Shown here: piece by piece, positions 37,973 to 47,527 of the stretch
How the letters are laid out: every line of letters starts with the position of its first letter
How positions within the stretch are numbered: position 1 is the stretch's first letter
NCBI GenBank assembly: GCA_002171615.1
Contig: NHEF01000019.1
Coordinates: 36,770 to 100,769, forward strand
DNA: 64,000 bases
Reading direction: 5' to 3'
From: Gammaproteobacteria bacterium TMED78
GTDB lineage: Bacteria; Pseudomonadota; Gammaproteobacteria; Steroidobacterales; Rariloculaceae
The notes under the pieces: model-generated
Database searches by the model: none
Told to the model about the DNA's origin: nothing
What the model saw: only the letters and a program-made list of their open reading frames with translations
Program-made: the position numbers and the translations under genes

Positions 37973-38683
37973 CTAATTGTTTGAAGTAATTTTTTGTAAG
38001 ATACCATTTTTTAATTCAAAAACCTTTTCCATCTTATTAGCAATATTATTATCATGCGTCACTACTACAAGAGCTGTATCCATATCTGAATTAAGCTCTA
38101 ACATTAAATCAAAAACTACACTACTTGTCTTAGAATCGAGATTTCCAGTTGGCTCATCAGCTAAAACTAATAAAGGCCTTGTAATCAGAGCCCTAGCTAC
38201 TGCAATCCTTTGTCTCTCGCCGCCTGATAATTCATGAGGCTTATGATAAAGCCTTTCTAAAAGATTAATCTTTCCAAGAATATTTCTTGCCTCATCGAGG
38301 GCTAGTTTATATCTGTCACCCCTAATCAGTAAGGGCATAGCTACATTCTCAATAGCTGAAAATTCTGGTAAAAGATGGTGGAACTGATAAATAAAACCAA
38401 TAGATCTATTTCTAAAATTGCTAATCTCATTGCCTTTTAATAAGCTAAGATCTTTCCCTCCTATTAAAATCTTTCCTGATGAAGCTATATCAAGCCCACC
38501 TAATAGTTGCAATAAGGTTGTCTTTCCAGATCCGGAAGAGCCTACAATTGCAATCTTATCTCCAGACTCTATCTCTAGATTAATGCACCTTAAAATCTGT
38601 AGTGATTTTCCAGCATCAGAAAATTCCTTTTTAAGATCAATAGCGTTAAGTACCAGTTTACTTTCTTTGCTTATTTCATTCAT
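37973..38683 (-). CDS. lolD: lipoprotein-releasing system ATP-binding protein LolD
   Basis: ABC ATPase (GSSGSGKTT, LSGGERQRIAVARA, LADEPTGNLD). I place the start at the ATG at 38683 (MNEISKESKL...), which forms ATGAATGA with the upstream permease stop. The longer ORF to 38764 lies inside that permease gene. Confidence 0.88.
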   Translation of the reverse strand: MNEISKESKLVLNAIDLKKEFSDAGKSLQILRCINLEIESGDKIAIVGSSGSGKTTLLQLLGGLDIASSGKILIGGKDLSLLKGNEISNFRNRSIGFIYQFHHLLPEFSAIENVAMPLLIRGDRYKLALDEARNILGKINLLERLYHKPHELSGGERQRIAVARALITRPLLVLADEPTGNLDSKTSSVVFDLMLELNSDMDTALVVVTHDNNIANKMEKVFELKNGILQKITSNN

Positions 38684-39923
38684 GATGCAAGCCTTCTGAA
38701 GGATTTCTTTTAAATGCAGATATTGCAGGTAATAATGTAGCCATAATAGATAATAATATAGCAAAAGAAGAAACTCTTATAACTTCAAAAACCCTTATTT
38801 GTGTTGGTATATCACTTAAAAAGTAAACATCTTCAGCTAATAGATCAATATTAAAATATAATTCAAAAAGATAAACAATATTACTTAACTGGAAAGAAAC
38901 TACTATTCCAACGAGAATCCCAAAAAAAGTTCCTATAATTCCTATAATTAAACCAATTAACAAAAATATTAAAAGAATACTATATCTTGATATACCCATA
39001 GTACTTAAAATAGCAATATCAGATCTCTTATCTCTAACTACCATTGTTAAAGTTGATACAATATTGAAGGCCGCTACTGCTATTATCAAAGAGAAAATAA
39101 CAAACATAATTGATTTAGTTATCTGAATAGATCTAAAAAAATTAACATATCTACTTGTCCAATCATTTGAATAATAGCTCTTACCAAGATTTGTAACAAT
39201 ATCATCTGTTATAGAAGTAACAGAAAAAGCATTATCAAGAAGTAGTCTAATGCCGTCAACCGAACTACCTTTCCTAAATAATAACCTTGCATCACTAATA
39301 TTAATATAGGCTAATCCTCTATCATACTCATACATACCTACATCAAAAATACCAGAAATCGTAAATATTCTCATTCTAGGGCTAAGACCGATTGGAGACG
39401 GCACACCCTCTGGCGTCATGATTATTACCTCATCACCTAGCTTAGCTCCTAACTCTCTAGACAAACTTGCTCCTATAACAATATTAAATTTTCCTTCTGA
39501 CAATGATGTAAAGCTGCCCTCAGAAAACATAGTATCTATCTGGGAAACACCCTTCTCTAAGGCTGGATCAACACCTCTAAGGTTCAATGATAGTAAATTT
39601 TTATTTAAAATTATCAATCCCCTCTCATTAACATAAGGAGAAATATTTAATACTTTCGAGTCTTTGAGTATTACTTTTCCTATACTTGACCAGTCCTCAA
39701 TTGGACCATTTGAATCTATAATGGTTGAGTGTGCTGCTACCCCTAAAACTCTTTTCTGTAGCTGGTATTCAAAACCGTTCATTACAGAAATTACTGTAAG
39801 TAAAACGGCTACTGCTAGAGATATTCCTACCATTGATATAATAGAAATAAAAGATAAGAAATCCTTTTTATTGCCAGATCTGAGGTATCGAAAAGATATA
39901 AAAGTCTCTAAGTAAGCTTTCAT
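38676..39923 (-). CDS. lipoprotein-releasing system permease, LolC/LolE family (second copy)
   Basis: 415 aa. FISFRYLRSGNKKDFLSFISIISMVGISLAV..MNGFE, a large periplasmic loop, and a C-terminal FtsX-like helix bundle. Confidence 0.88.
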   Translation of the reverse strand: MKAYLETFISFRYLRSGNKKDFLSFISIISMVGISLAVAVLLTVISVMNGFEYQLQKRVLGVAAHSTIIDSNGPIEDWSSIGKVILKDSKVLNISPYVNERGLIILNKNLLSLNLRGVDPALEKGVSQIDTMFSEGSFTSLSEGKFNIVIGASLSRELGAKLGDEVIIMTPEGVPSPIGLSPRMRIFTISGIFDVGMYEYDRGLAYINISDARLLFRKGSSVDGIRLLLDNAFSVTSITDDIVTNLGKSYYSNDWTSRYVNFFRSIQITKSIMFVIFSLIIAVAAFNIVSTLTMVVRDKRSDIAILSTMGISRYSILLIFLLIGLIIGIIGTFFGILVGIVVSFQLSNIVYLFELYFNIDLLAEDVYFLSDIPTQIRVFEVIRVSSFAILLSIMATLLPAISAFKRNPSEGLHHE

Positions 39924-39926
39924 AAA

Positions 39927-41159
39927 TTACTCATATCTCAAAGACTCAACAGGCGATATAGATGCTGCTTTAACAGATGGATATATAGTAGATGATATAG
40001 AAATAAATAAAGCTACAAGTGAAATTATAACTACATCAATCAATCTAACCTCAGAAGGTAATATGCTAATATAAAAAACATCACTAGGCATTATTCTAAA
40101 ATTAAAAGTATTTTCTAACCAGGGGAAAATAATTTCAGCATTAAAAGCTAGAACTAGACCTAATAAATTTCCAATAAGTATCCCGAATATACCAATAATC
40201 GATCCTTGAAGCATAAAAATTTTAACTACATTATATTTTTCTAAACCAATAGTTTTTAGAATAGCAATATCGCTCTCCTTATCTGCTACAAAAACTACTA
40301 AAGAGGCAATAATATTAAATGTTGCTACTGCAACAATTAACATTAGTAGCAAAGTCATCATGACTTTTTCTATTTTGATGGCACTAAAGTAAGAGCGATT
40401 CTCTATACTCCAGTCCGAATAAACTTGATTATCTTTAGTAATTAGAAGTAAATCATCTTGAATATCAGTAATTAATAACGGTTCATCCAAATAAATACCT
40501 AAACTATTTGGTAAATCACCTAAGCCTTTTAAAATACTAGCGTCTGATATATTCATTAATACTAAACTTGAATCATGCTCAAAAATACCAGCTTCAAAAA
40601 TACCAGCAACTACGTATGTACTAAGACTTGCCGATGGGACGCCGTCCTCAATAGAAGGGGTCATTAAATTAACGCTATCACCCACATCTAAACCAAAGCT
40701 ATAAGCCAAGGATGATCCAATAGCAATCCTATTAGAAAGAGGTTGAAGATTTCTTAAATCCCCAGATATAAAAAAAGAGTTTACTTCTGAAAAATATCTA
40801 TCTTCAACAACTGGAATGCCTTGTATTACTACTGGCCTTAAATTAGAACTAGATCCAAGCATTGCTTCAGCCGAGACAAATGGTATAGATCTATCAACCC
40901 CGGGGGCTAATAATATATCTTTATTTAGAGCCTCCCAATTAGAAATACCCTGGCTATTAGATATAGTAGAATGAGGCTTCATACTAATTAATCTACTCTT
41001 TAGCTCGGTCTCTAATCCATTCATAACTGACAGAATTACAATTAGAGATGCAACACCTATAGCTATACCCAACAATGAAATAAAACTAATAAAGGATAAA
41101 TAGCTAGATTTTTTTCTAGACCAAATATAACGAGTTGCAATAAATAATTCAAAAAACAT
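39927..41159 (-). CDS. lipoprotein-releasing system permease, LolC/LolE family (first copy)
   Basis: 410 aa. FIATRYIWSRKKSSYLSFISFISLLGIAIGV..MNGLE; paralog of 38676-39923. Confidence 0.88.
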   Translation of the reverse strand: MFFELFIATRYIWSRKKSSYLSFISFISLLGIAIGVASLIVILSVMNGLETELKSRLISMKPHSTISNSQGISNWEALNKDILLAPGVDRSIPFVSAEAMLGSSSNLRPVVIQGIPVVEDRYFSEVNSFFISGDLRNLQPLSNRIAIGSSLAYSFGLDVGDSVNLMTPSIEDGVPSASLSTYVVAGIFEAGIFEHDSSLVLMNISDASILKGLGDLPNSLGIYLDEPLLITDIQDDLLLITKDNQVYSDWSIENRSYFSAIKIEKVMMTLLLMLIVAVATFNIIASLVVFVADKESDIAILKTIGLEKYNVVKIFMLQGSIIGIFGILIGNLLGLVLAFNAEIIFPWLENTFNFRIMPSDVFYISILPSEVRLIDVVIISLVALFISISSTIYPSVKAASISPVESLRYE

Positions 41160-41245
41160 TTGTAAATTTTTCTGTGAGCATTAAAATACTCCAAATTACT
41201 CCTCGCATTCAATAATAACTTAAATATATTTAGATAAATCTTATC

Positions 41246-42313
41246 ATGAAAAAATTACTCTTATCATTAATCTTTTTCCTTCAGATAGTGCTAATGAGTA
41301 TTGGCTATACCCAAGAAAGGGCTATAACGCATTCGCCAATCAGCATTATGGGAGATCATATGCATAAATCTGGTGAATTTATGATATCGCTAAGAAGGAT
41401 GAATATGAATATGAAAGGTAATTTGAATAGCACTAAAAGCTTAACGGATGCCGATATAATCAATCTTCCAAACCCATATAAAATGGGCTCTATGCCAGCT
41501 AAGCTTAGTGTAGTTCCTCAAAAAATGGATATGCAGATGACAATGCTAGGATTCATGTTTGCTCCATCAGATAAAGTAACAATAATGTCAATGGCAATGT
41601 TTGTTGGTAAGGATATGTCACTAAATACTTATAAGGGAATGATGAATAGAGAATATCTCGGTTCTTTTAATACATCATCTCCAAATGATTTATCATCACT
41701 TTCTATATCAAGTTTAGTAAGGCTAACAGAATCAGAAAAATACAATAGTCATATTCAATTAGGCTTCTCTAACTCTATTGGTTCAAATAAGTTAACAGGG
41801 ATTGTTCTCACTCCAATGAATATGAGAAAAAATATGATACTTCCTTACGGAATGCAGTTATCCGACAAGTCAAACAAAGCCATTATCTCATATACCCTGA
41901 GGAATAAAATAAATCAGGACATTGTAACTGGGCTTCAACTGAAAAATATATCAACTATAAAAAAACAAGATTGGAGCTTTGGTGATAAAATAACTTTATC
42001 TGGATGGGTGCAGAAAGAGTTAGATATCAATACTTCGATATCATTTGGTATTTACTTTGCAACAGAGAAAAAAATAAACGGAAGAGATACTTCAATTATA
42101 GCCCCTGTACAAACATCTAATCCAGAAAACTATGGTGGAGATACCATAGATATTGGTCTTGGAGTAAATAAATTATTCAATATATTTTCTGGTGAATATA
42201 AAGATAGGTTAGCTATTGAGGTATTATTTCCTGTGAGTCAAAAACTAAATGGGCCGCAAATGAAAAAAACATGGTCACTAAATATTGGATACCAAAAAAC
42301 ATTTAAATTTTAA
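41246..42313 (+). CDS. Met-rich outer-membrane beta-barrel protein ('transporter'/Phenol_MetA_deg-like, tentative)
   Basis: 355 aa with a signal peptide. HSPISIMGDHMHKSGEFMISLRRMNMNMKGN resembles the N-terminal motif of a barrel family I recall as PF13557. Alternating beta-strand pattern, and it ends ...YQKTFKF. Confidence 0.6.
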   Translation: MKKLLLSLIFFLQIVLMSIGYTQERAITHSPISIMGDHMHKSGEFMISLRRMNMNMKGNLNSTKSLTDADIINLPNPYKMGSMPAKLSVVPQKMDMQMTMLGFMFAPSDKVTIMSMAMFVGKDMSLNTYKGMMNREYLGSFNTSSPNDLSSLSISSLVRLTESEKYNSHIQLGFSNSIGSNKLTGIVLTPMNMRKNMILPYGMQLSDKSNKAIISYTLRNKINQDIVTGLQLKNISTIKKQDWSFGDKITLSGWVQKELDINTSISFGIYFATEKKINGRDTSIIAPVQTSNPENYGGDTIDIGLGVNKLFNIFSGEYKDRLAIEVLFPVSQKLNGPQMKKTWSLNIGYQKTFKF

Positions 42314-45300
42314 GTTACTAGAATCATTAAAAATTGATTTTAATTTTAATAAAGATTTTGACAACTTATCTCTAGGCTCACTATATGGTTGCTCTAATAG
42401 TCTATTAATATCATTACTTTCTGATAAATTTAACAATATTTGTGTACTTGCAGATAGTGACATAAATGTTGAAAAAATCAGTAGTGAAATAGAATTTTTC
42501 AACACAAAATCAAGGATCATAAAGCTTGATGATTACGGAACATTACCATATGACGAATACTCCCCCCCTCAAAATTTAGTATCTGATAGAATTGCATCTT
42601 TACATAATATTCTTAATAAAAATCAGAAAATCATTATTACCAATATATCAACTTTATTTAGTAAGCTACCTCCAAAAGATTTCATAAAATCAAGATTATT
42701 AGAAATTAAAAAAAATAGCCCACTTAGCTATCAAGACATAAGAAATAAGTTAAATGAATTTAGTTATTTCCAAACTCAGAAGGTAATAGCTCCGGGAGAA
42801 TTTGCTATTAGGGGTTCATTAATTGATATTTTTCCTGCAAATAGAAGATATCCTGTACGAATTGATTTCTATGGAGACTCGGTTGAAACAATAAGATCTT
42901 TTGATTCTGAAAATCAATTAACTATAGAGATGATAGAGGAAATAACTTTGCTACCTGCTAGAGACTTTACATTAAGCAAAGAAGTAATAACTAAGTTTAG
43001 GGATAATTTTAGAAAAGATATTGACTGCAACCCAAGTGAATCAAATATATACAACAAAATCACTGAAGGTAATATTCCAGCTGGAATAGAATATTATCTT
43101 CCACTTTTTTTCGATAATACTGCCTCATTATTAAACTATCTAGATAAAAATACACTAATCATTAACATAGGCAACCATATTGAAAGCATAGACATTATAT
43201 GGAAGTTAATAAATGACCGATATTTAGAGTCTAAAAGACTTTCGTCAGAGGCAAAATTAAAACCTCAAATAGCTTTTAATGATCCCGATAAAATTAAAAA
43301 TACTATCTCTACTTTTAATAATGTGGCTTTATTTGATAAAAGAATTGATAGTAGTTATCCCCTATATTCTAATGCTGAAACCCTATATCCTATTACCGTA
43401 GGCGACCCATCTATTTCAAAAAAAATTGATAGGTATTTAAAATCTACTAATTTACAAAAAATATTAATCACCTCTTCTTCTCTTGGAAAGAAAGAAATAC
43501 TTAAAAAACATCTGATTGACAACAACATAAGCACTATAGATATTAATTCTTGGGAAGATTTTATTAACACAGATGAAGGAATATACACATCCGTCTCTCC
43601 GATAAATGATGGAGTTGCTCTTCCTAATTTAAACCTTATGATCATAAGCTCTCAATTGCTCGGCATTGAGAAGCCTCAACAGATTACTAGAAAATATAAG
43701 AAAATTAAACATAGCCCTGAAAATATTATCAAAGAGTTGACGGATCTAAGAATTGGCTCTCCTGTTATACATATTGAATATGGAATAGGAAGATATAAAG
43801 GGTTAGAGCAAATAAAAACAGATAATCAGAATAAAGTAATAACTGAGTTTTTAGCTATTGAGTATGCTGATCATGATATGCTGTATGTGCCAGTCTACAA
43901 TCTTCATCTAATAAGTAGATATACTGGCACATCGCCTGATAATGCACCTATTCATAAGCTCGGCTCTGATCAATGGCCTAAAGCTCAAAAAAGAGCAGCA
44001 AAACAAGTTAGGGACGTGGCTGCAGAATTACTCGATATCTATGCTAAAAGAACTAAAGTAAAAGGCATATCATTTTCAATAGATTCAAATAGTTACCATG
44101 AATTTTCCATAGAATTTCCTTTTCAAGAAACTGAAGATCAGGAAAAAGCAATTAATGATGTTATTACAGATTTGGAAAAACAAAATCCTATGGATAGAGT
44201 GATATGCGGTGATGTAGGCTTTGGAAAAACTGAAGTAGCTCTAAGAGCGGCCTTTATTGTAGCTAATGCTGGGCATCAAGTAGCAATCCTTGTACCTACG
44301 ACTCTTCTAGCCCAACAGCATTATAGAACTTTTATTGAAAGGTTTAAAAAATGGCCAGTAAACATAGGATTACTATCAAGATTCAAATCTATAAAAGAAA
44401 TAGAGGGCACAAAAAACGATCTAAAGAAAGGATCAGTAGATATAATAATTGGTACACATAAGTTATTGAGTGATGACATAGATTTTAAATCCCTAGGATT
44501 GGTCATTATTGATGAGGAGCATAGATTTGGTGTAAATCATAAAGAAAAACTTAAAAAATTAAGGTCGAATATAGATATTCTTTCATTAACAGCAACGCCT
44601 ATTCCTAGAACTTTAAATATGACACTAGGCGGTATAAGAGATTTATCTATTATAGCTACCCCCCCAGAAGAAAGGTTATCTATAAGAACAATTCATAGTG
44701 AATGGAACGAACTATCAATAAAAGAAGCTATCACGAGAGAAGTTCATCGAGGAGGGCAAATATATTTTGTTCATAATCATATTGATACAATAGAAAGTAT
44801 ATTTCTAAAACTAAAAAAAATATTACCAGATTTAAAAATTCAGATAGCACATGGAAGAATGTCTGAAAAGGATCTAGAAATAATTATGATAAACTTTTAT
44901 AAGAGAGATTTTGACTTACTTCTTTGTACAACTATAATTGAAAGTGGTATTGATATTCCTTCAGCAAATACAATTATTATTAATAGGGCAGATAAGCTTG
45001 GCTTGGCTCAGCTTCATCAATTAAGAGGTAGGGTTGGTAGATCTACCCATCAGGCTTATGCTTTGCTTATGACGCCTCCTAAGATTGCCTTAAACGATGA
45101 TGCAAGAAAAAGGCTCGAAGCTATAGAATCTCTTGAAGAGCTAGGTTCAGGGTTTACACTTTCCAGTCATGATTTAGAGATTAGGGGAGCAGGAGAGCTA
45201 CTAGGCAAAGATCAGAGTGGAAAAATACAGGCAATAGGATACTCTTATTACAATCAGTTACTAGAAAAAGCAGTAAAATCTCTAAAAGATGGAAAAGAGC

Positions 45301-45761
45301 CTGATCTAATAAATGTACAAAAATATACTGATATCGAAATAGGTTTGCCCACCCTAATTACAGAAAAATATATGCCTGACATTCATATGAGACTTGTTCA
45401 TTATAAAAAAATTGGTGAGGCTATTTCACAAAAAGAGCTTAATGAAATACAAATTGAATTAATAGATAGGTTCGGCCTTATCCCCGATGAAACCAAAGCT
45501 TTATTTTCAGTAATGAGCTTAAAGCTTAAAGCAAATACATTAGGAATAAAGAAAATAGTAGCAAGGGAAGATAAAGCTTTTTTTAGCTTCTCTGAGGACA
45601 CAATAGTAAATCCACTTGCCTTAATAGATCTTGTTAATAAAAAACCAAAATCTTATAAAATAGATAATCAATATAAATTAACTTATACCTGGAATAAAAA
45701 TGAATCATCGAATAGAATTAATGAAGTGGATAGCGTTCTTGATTTATTATTTATAAAATGA
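42285..45761 (+). CDS. mfd: transcription-repair coupling factor Mfd
   Basis: 1158 aa. CarD-like RNAP-interaction domain (GSPVIHIEYGIGRYKGLE), helicase motifs (CGDVGFGKTEVALRAA, IIDEEHRFG, TATPIPRT, QLRGRVGRS). Start uncertain because of a 29-nt overlap with the upstream gene. Confidence 0.93.
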   Translation: MDTKKHLNFKLLESLKIDFNFNKDFDNLSLGSLYGCSNSLLISLLSDKFNNICVLADSDINVEKISSEIEFFNTKSRIIKLDDYGTLPYDEYSPPQNLVSDRIASLHNILNKNQKIIITNISTLFSKLPPKDFIKSRLLEIKKNSPLSYQDIRNKLNEFSYFQTQKVIAPGEFAIRGSLIDIFPANRRYPVRIDFYGDSVETIRSFDSENQLTIEMIEEITLLPARDFTLSKEVITKFRDNFRKDIDCNPSESNIYNKITEGNIPAGIEYYLPLFFDNTASLLNYLDKNTLIINIGNHIESIDIIWKLINDRYLESKRLSSEAKLKPQIAFNDPDKIKNTISTFNNVALFDKRIDSSYPLYSNAETLYPITVGDPSISKKIDRYLKSTNLQKILITSSSLGKKEILKKHLIDNNISTIDINSWEDFINTDEGIYTSVSPINDGVALPNLNLMIISSQLLGIEKPQQITRKYKKIKHSPENIIKELTDLRIGSPVIHIEYGIGRYKGLEQIKTDNQNKVITEFLAIEYADHDMLYVPVYNLHLISRYTGTSPDNAPIHKLGSDQWPKAQKRAAKQVRDVAAELLDIYAKRTKVKGISFSIDSNSYHEFSIEFPFQETEDQEKAINDVITDLEKQNPMDRVICGDVGFGKTEVALRAAFIVANAGHQVAILVPTTLLAQQHYRTFIERFKKWPVNIGLLSRFKSIKEIEGTKNDLKKGSVDIIIGTHKLLSDDIDFKSLGLVIIDEEHRFGVNHKEKLKKLRSNIDILSLTATPIPRTLNMTLGGIRDLSIIATPPEERLSIRTIHSEWNELSIKEAITREVHRGGQIYFVHNHIDTIESIFLKLKKILPDLKIQIAHGRMSEKDLEIIMINFYKRDFDLLLCTTIIESGIDIPSANTIIINRADKLGLAQLHQLRGRVGRSTHQAYALLMTPPKIALNDDARKRLEAIESLEELGSGFTLSSHDLEIRGAGELLGKDQSGKIQAIGYSYYNQLLEKAVKSLKDGKEPDLINVQKYTDIEIGLPTLITEKYMPDIHMRLVHYKKIGEAISQKELNEIQIELIDRFGLIPDETKALFSVMSLKLKANTLGIKKIVAREDKAFFSFSEDTIVNPLALIDLVNKKPKSYKIDNQYKLTYTWNKNESSNRINEVDSVLDLLFIK

Positions 45762-46510
45762 ATATAAGCTTATTAAAACATAAATTAGTACTAATATTTT
45801 CTATTTTTTTAGTTTCAGAAAAATTAATTAGTCAAGATTCTGTTACTGAACCCTTAGAAAAGAAATATAAAATTGAAGTATTAATATTTGATTATAATGA
45901 TTTTGATCCTAATGAAGAATATTTTGATATGGAAAAATCAGGAAGTCTATTAGATTTACTGTCTGAAAATATACTTAAAACTCAAACAAAAAGGTCAAGC
46001 TATATTATTAATAATATAATCTATAGTTTAAAAGAAGTTGGCTACGTATTTGATCAAAATTCCACTTATAATCTATATCCACCTATTACTAATAATAGTT
46101 ATTGGTTTAGATTGTTAAAGTCTGAAGAATTAAGCCTATTAGGTATATTAAATAGATTAAATACATTAGATGTTTATACACCTATTTCTTATGGCGCTTG
46201 GATTCAAGAAGCTTATCCTGAAACTGATAGTTATATTTTTGATTTATATTTTTTAGGCTCCATGAATCCACTAGGAAAGATACACTTTTACGAAAGTAGA
46301 TTTTTACATCTAGATATAAATATAGATTACTCAACCAAATATTCTAATAATTATTCAAGTAATGAATTGAGAAAAATACAATTACCTAGGATATATAATC
46401 TTAAAACAGATAAAATAGTGAGAAATGGAGAAATAAATTACTTTGATCATCCTGCTTTTGGAGTAATTGTGCTAGTTGAGGAATATAGTGATTTATATCT
46501 TAATAACTAG
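45758..46510 (+). CDS. CsiV-like (DUF2803) periplasmic protein, tentative
   Basis: 250 aa with a signal-like N-terminus. YKIEVLIFDY near the N-terminus and EINYFDHPAFGVIVLVEEY near the C-terminus match my recollection of the CsiV/DUF2803 family. 4-nt overlap with the mfd stop. Confidence 0.45.
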   Translation: MNISLLKHKLVLIFSIFLVSEKLISQDSVTEPLEKKYKIEVLIFDYNDFDPNEEYFDMEKSGSLLDLLSENILKTQTKRSSYIINNIIYSLKEVGYVFDQNSTYNLYPPITNNSYWFRLLKSEELSLLGILNRLNTLDVYTPISYGAWIQEAYPETDSYIFDLYFLGSMNPLGKIHFYESRFLHLDINIDYSTKYSNNYSSNELRKIQLPRIYNLKTDKIVRNGEINYFDHPAFGVIVLVEEYSDLYLNN

Positions 46511-47525
46511 AATCAAGATTTAAGACCTCCCTTTTATTATTTTTATAAATTCTGCTTTCTTTAAGCTTTTTAAATATAAAATCTTTTTTTCCACGTATTT
46601 TATCTAGCCGAGGTTGTGAATCAAAAGAAACATATCCACTCAGATCTTCTATTATTTTATTTATTTTATTTTTAGCATTACAGAATATTACCATATCACA
46701 ACCAACATCAATCGCCTTTTGTACTAGACTAGAGGGGTTATCTCTATTTAATCTAGCGCCCGCCATAGATAAATCATCTGTAATAATTGCACCTTTAAAT
46801 TTTAACTCGTTACGCAATTTTTTAATCCACTTATAAGATAAGCTAGCAGGAACATTATCAATTTTAGGAAATATTACGTGTCCAACCATTATACTTTCTA
46901 TTCCAGAATTAATTAAAAAAGAATATGGATAAATATCATTAGCTAGCTCATGAAAACTTCTTTCATCTATAGCAGTTTCTTTATGTGAGTCATTCTTAGC
47001 ACCAGCATGAGTCGGAAAATGCTTAGCTGTTGAAGACATACCGGCGCTTTTCATACCACTTACTAACTCTGTGGCTATCTCACTTACGACTTTATGGTTA
47101 GAATGTATCGACCTATCGCCTATAATTGTAGATAAGCCTAGATCTAAATCTACTACAGGAGAGAAAGCTAAATCTATACCAATAGATCTAATCTCTGCTG
47201 CTATTAACCAGCCAATTTTTCTAGCAATCTTAATAGATTTTTTTCTGTCATTTTGATATATCTTACCAAGAATATTCATACTAGGTATCAAGGTAAAAGG
47301 ATCCTTAAACCTTTGAACTCTACCACCTTCATGATCAGTAGCAACTATCAATGAAGGTGACTTTATTGCTTTTATCTCCTTAACTAATTCTACTATCTGA
47401 GAAAAACTTTGGTAGTTCCTAGAGAATAGAATAACGCCCCCTATTGAAGGTGACTGTAAAATTTTAATTTCTTCTGAGCTAAGAGAAGTACCAACTATGT
47501 CGATCATTAAAGGTCCAGTAGGCAT
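46500..47525 (-). CDS. nagZ: beta-N-acetylhexosaminidase NagZ (GH3)
   Basis: 341 aa. GPLMIDIVGTSLSSEE, ATDHEGGRVQRF, AKHFPTHAG and ITDDLSMAGA. Confidence 0.9.
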   Translation of the reverse strand: MPTGPLMIDIVGTSLSSEEIKILQSPSIGGVILFSRNYQSFSQIVELVKEIKAIKSPSLIVATDHEGGRVQRFKDPFTLIPSMNILGKIYQNDRKKSIKIARKIGWLIAAEIRSIGIDLAFSPVVDLDLGLSTIIGDRSIHSNHKVVSEIATELVSGMKSAGMSSTAKHFPTHAGAKNDSHKETAIDERSFHELANDIYPYSFLINSGIESIMVGHVIFPKIDNVPASLSYKWIKKLRNELKFKGAIITDDLSMAGARLNRDNPSSLVQKAIDVGCDMVIFCNAKNKINKIIEDLSGYVSFDSQPRLDKIRGKKDFIFKKLKESRIYKNNKREVLNLDSSY

Positions 47526-47527
47526 AG

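Noticed and set aside
38684-38764. 27-codon N-terminal extension of the lolD ORF (MLYYYLLWLHYY...)
   Set aside because: It lies inside the upstream permease gene. The internal ATG at 38683 gives a normal LolD N-terminus and a typical ATGA-type coupling junction.
42278-42520. 80-aa minus-strand ORF at the barrel/mfd junction
   Set aside because: It is antisense to the mfd 5' region, and the region is already fully accounted for.
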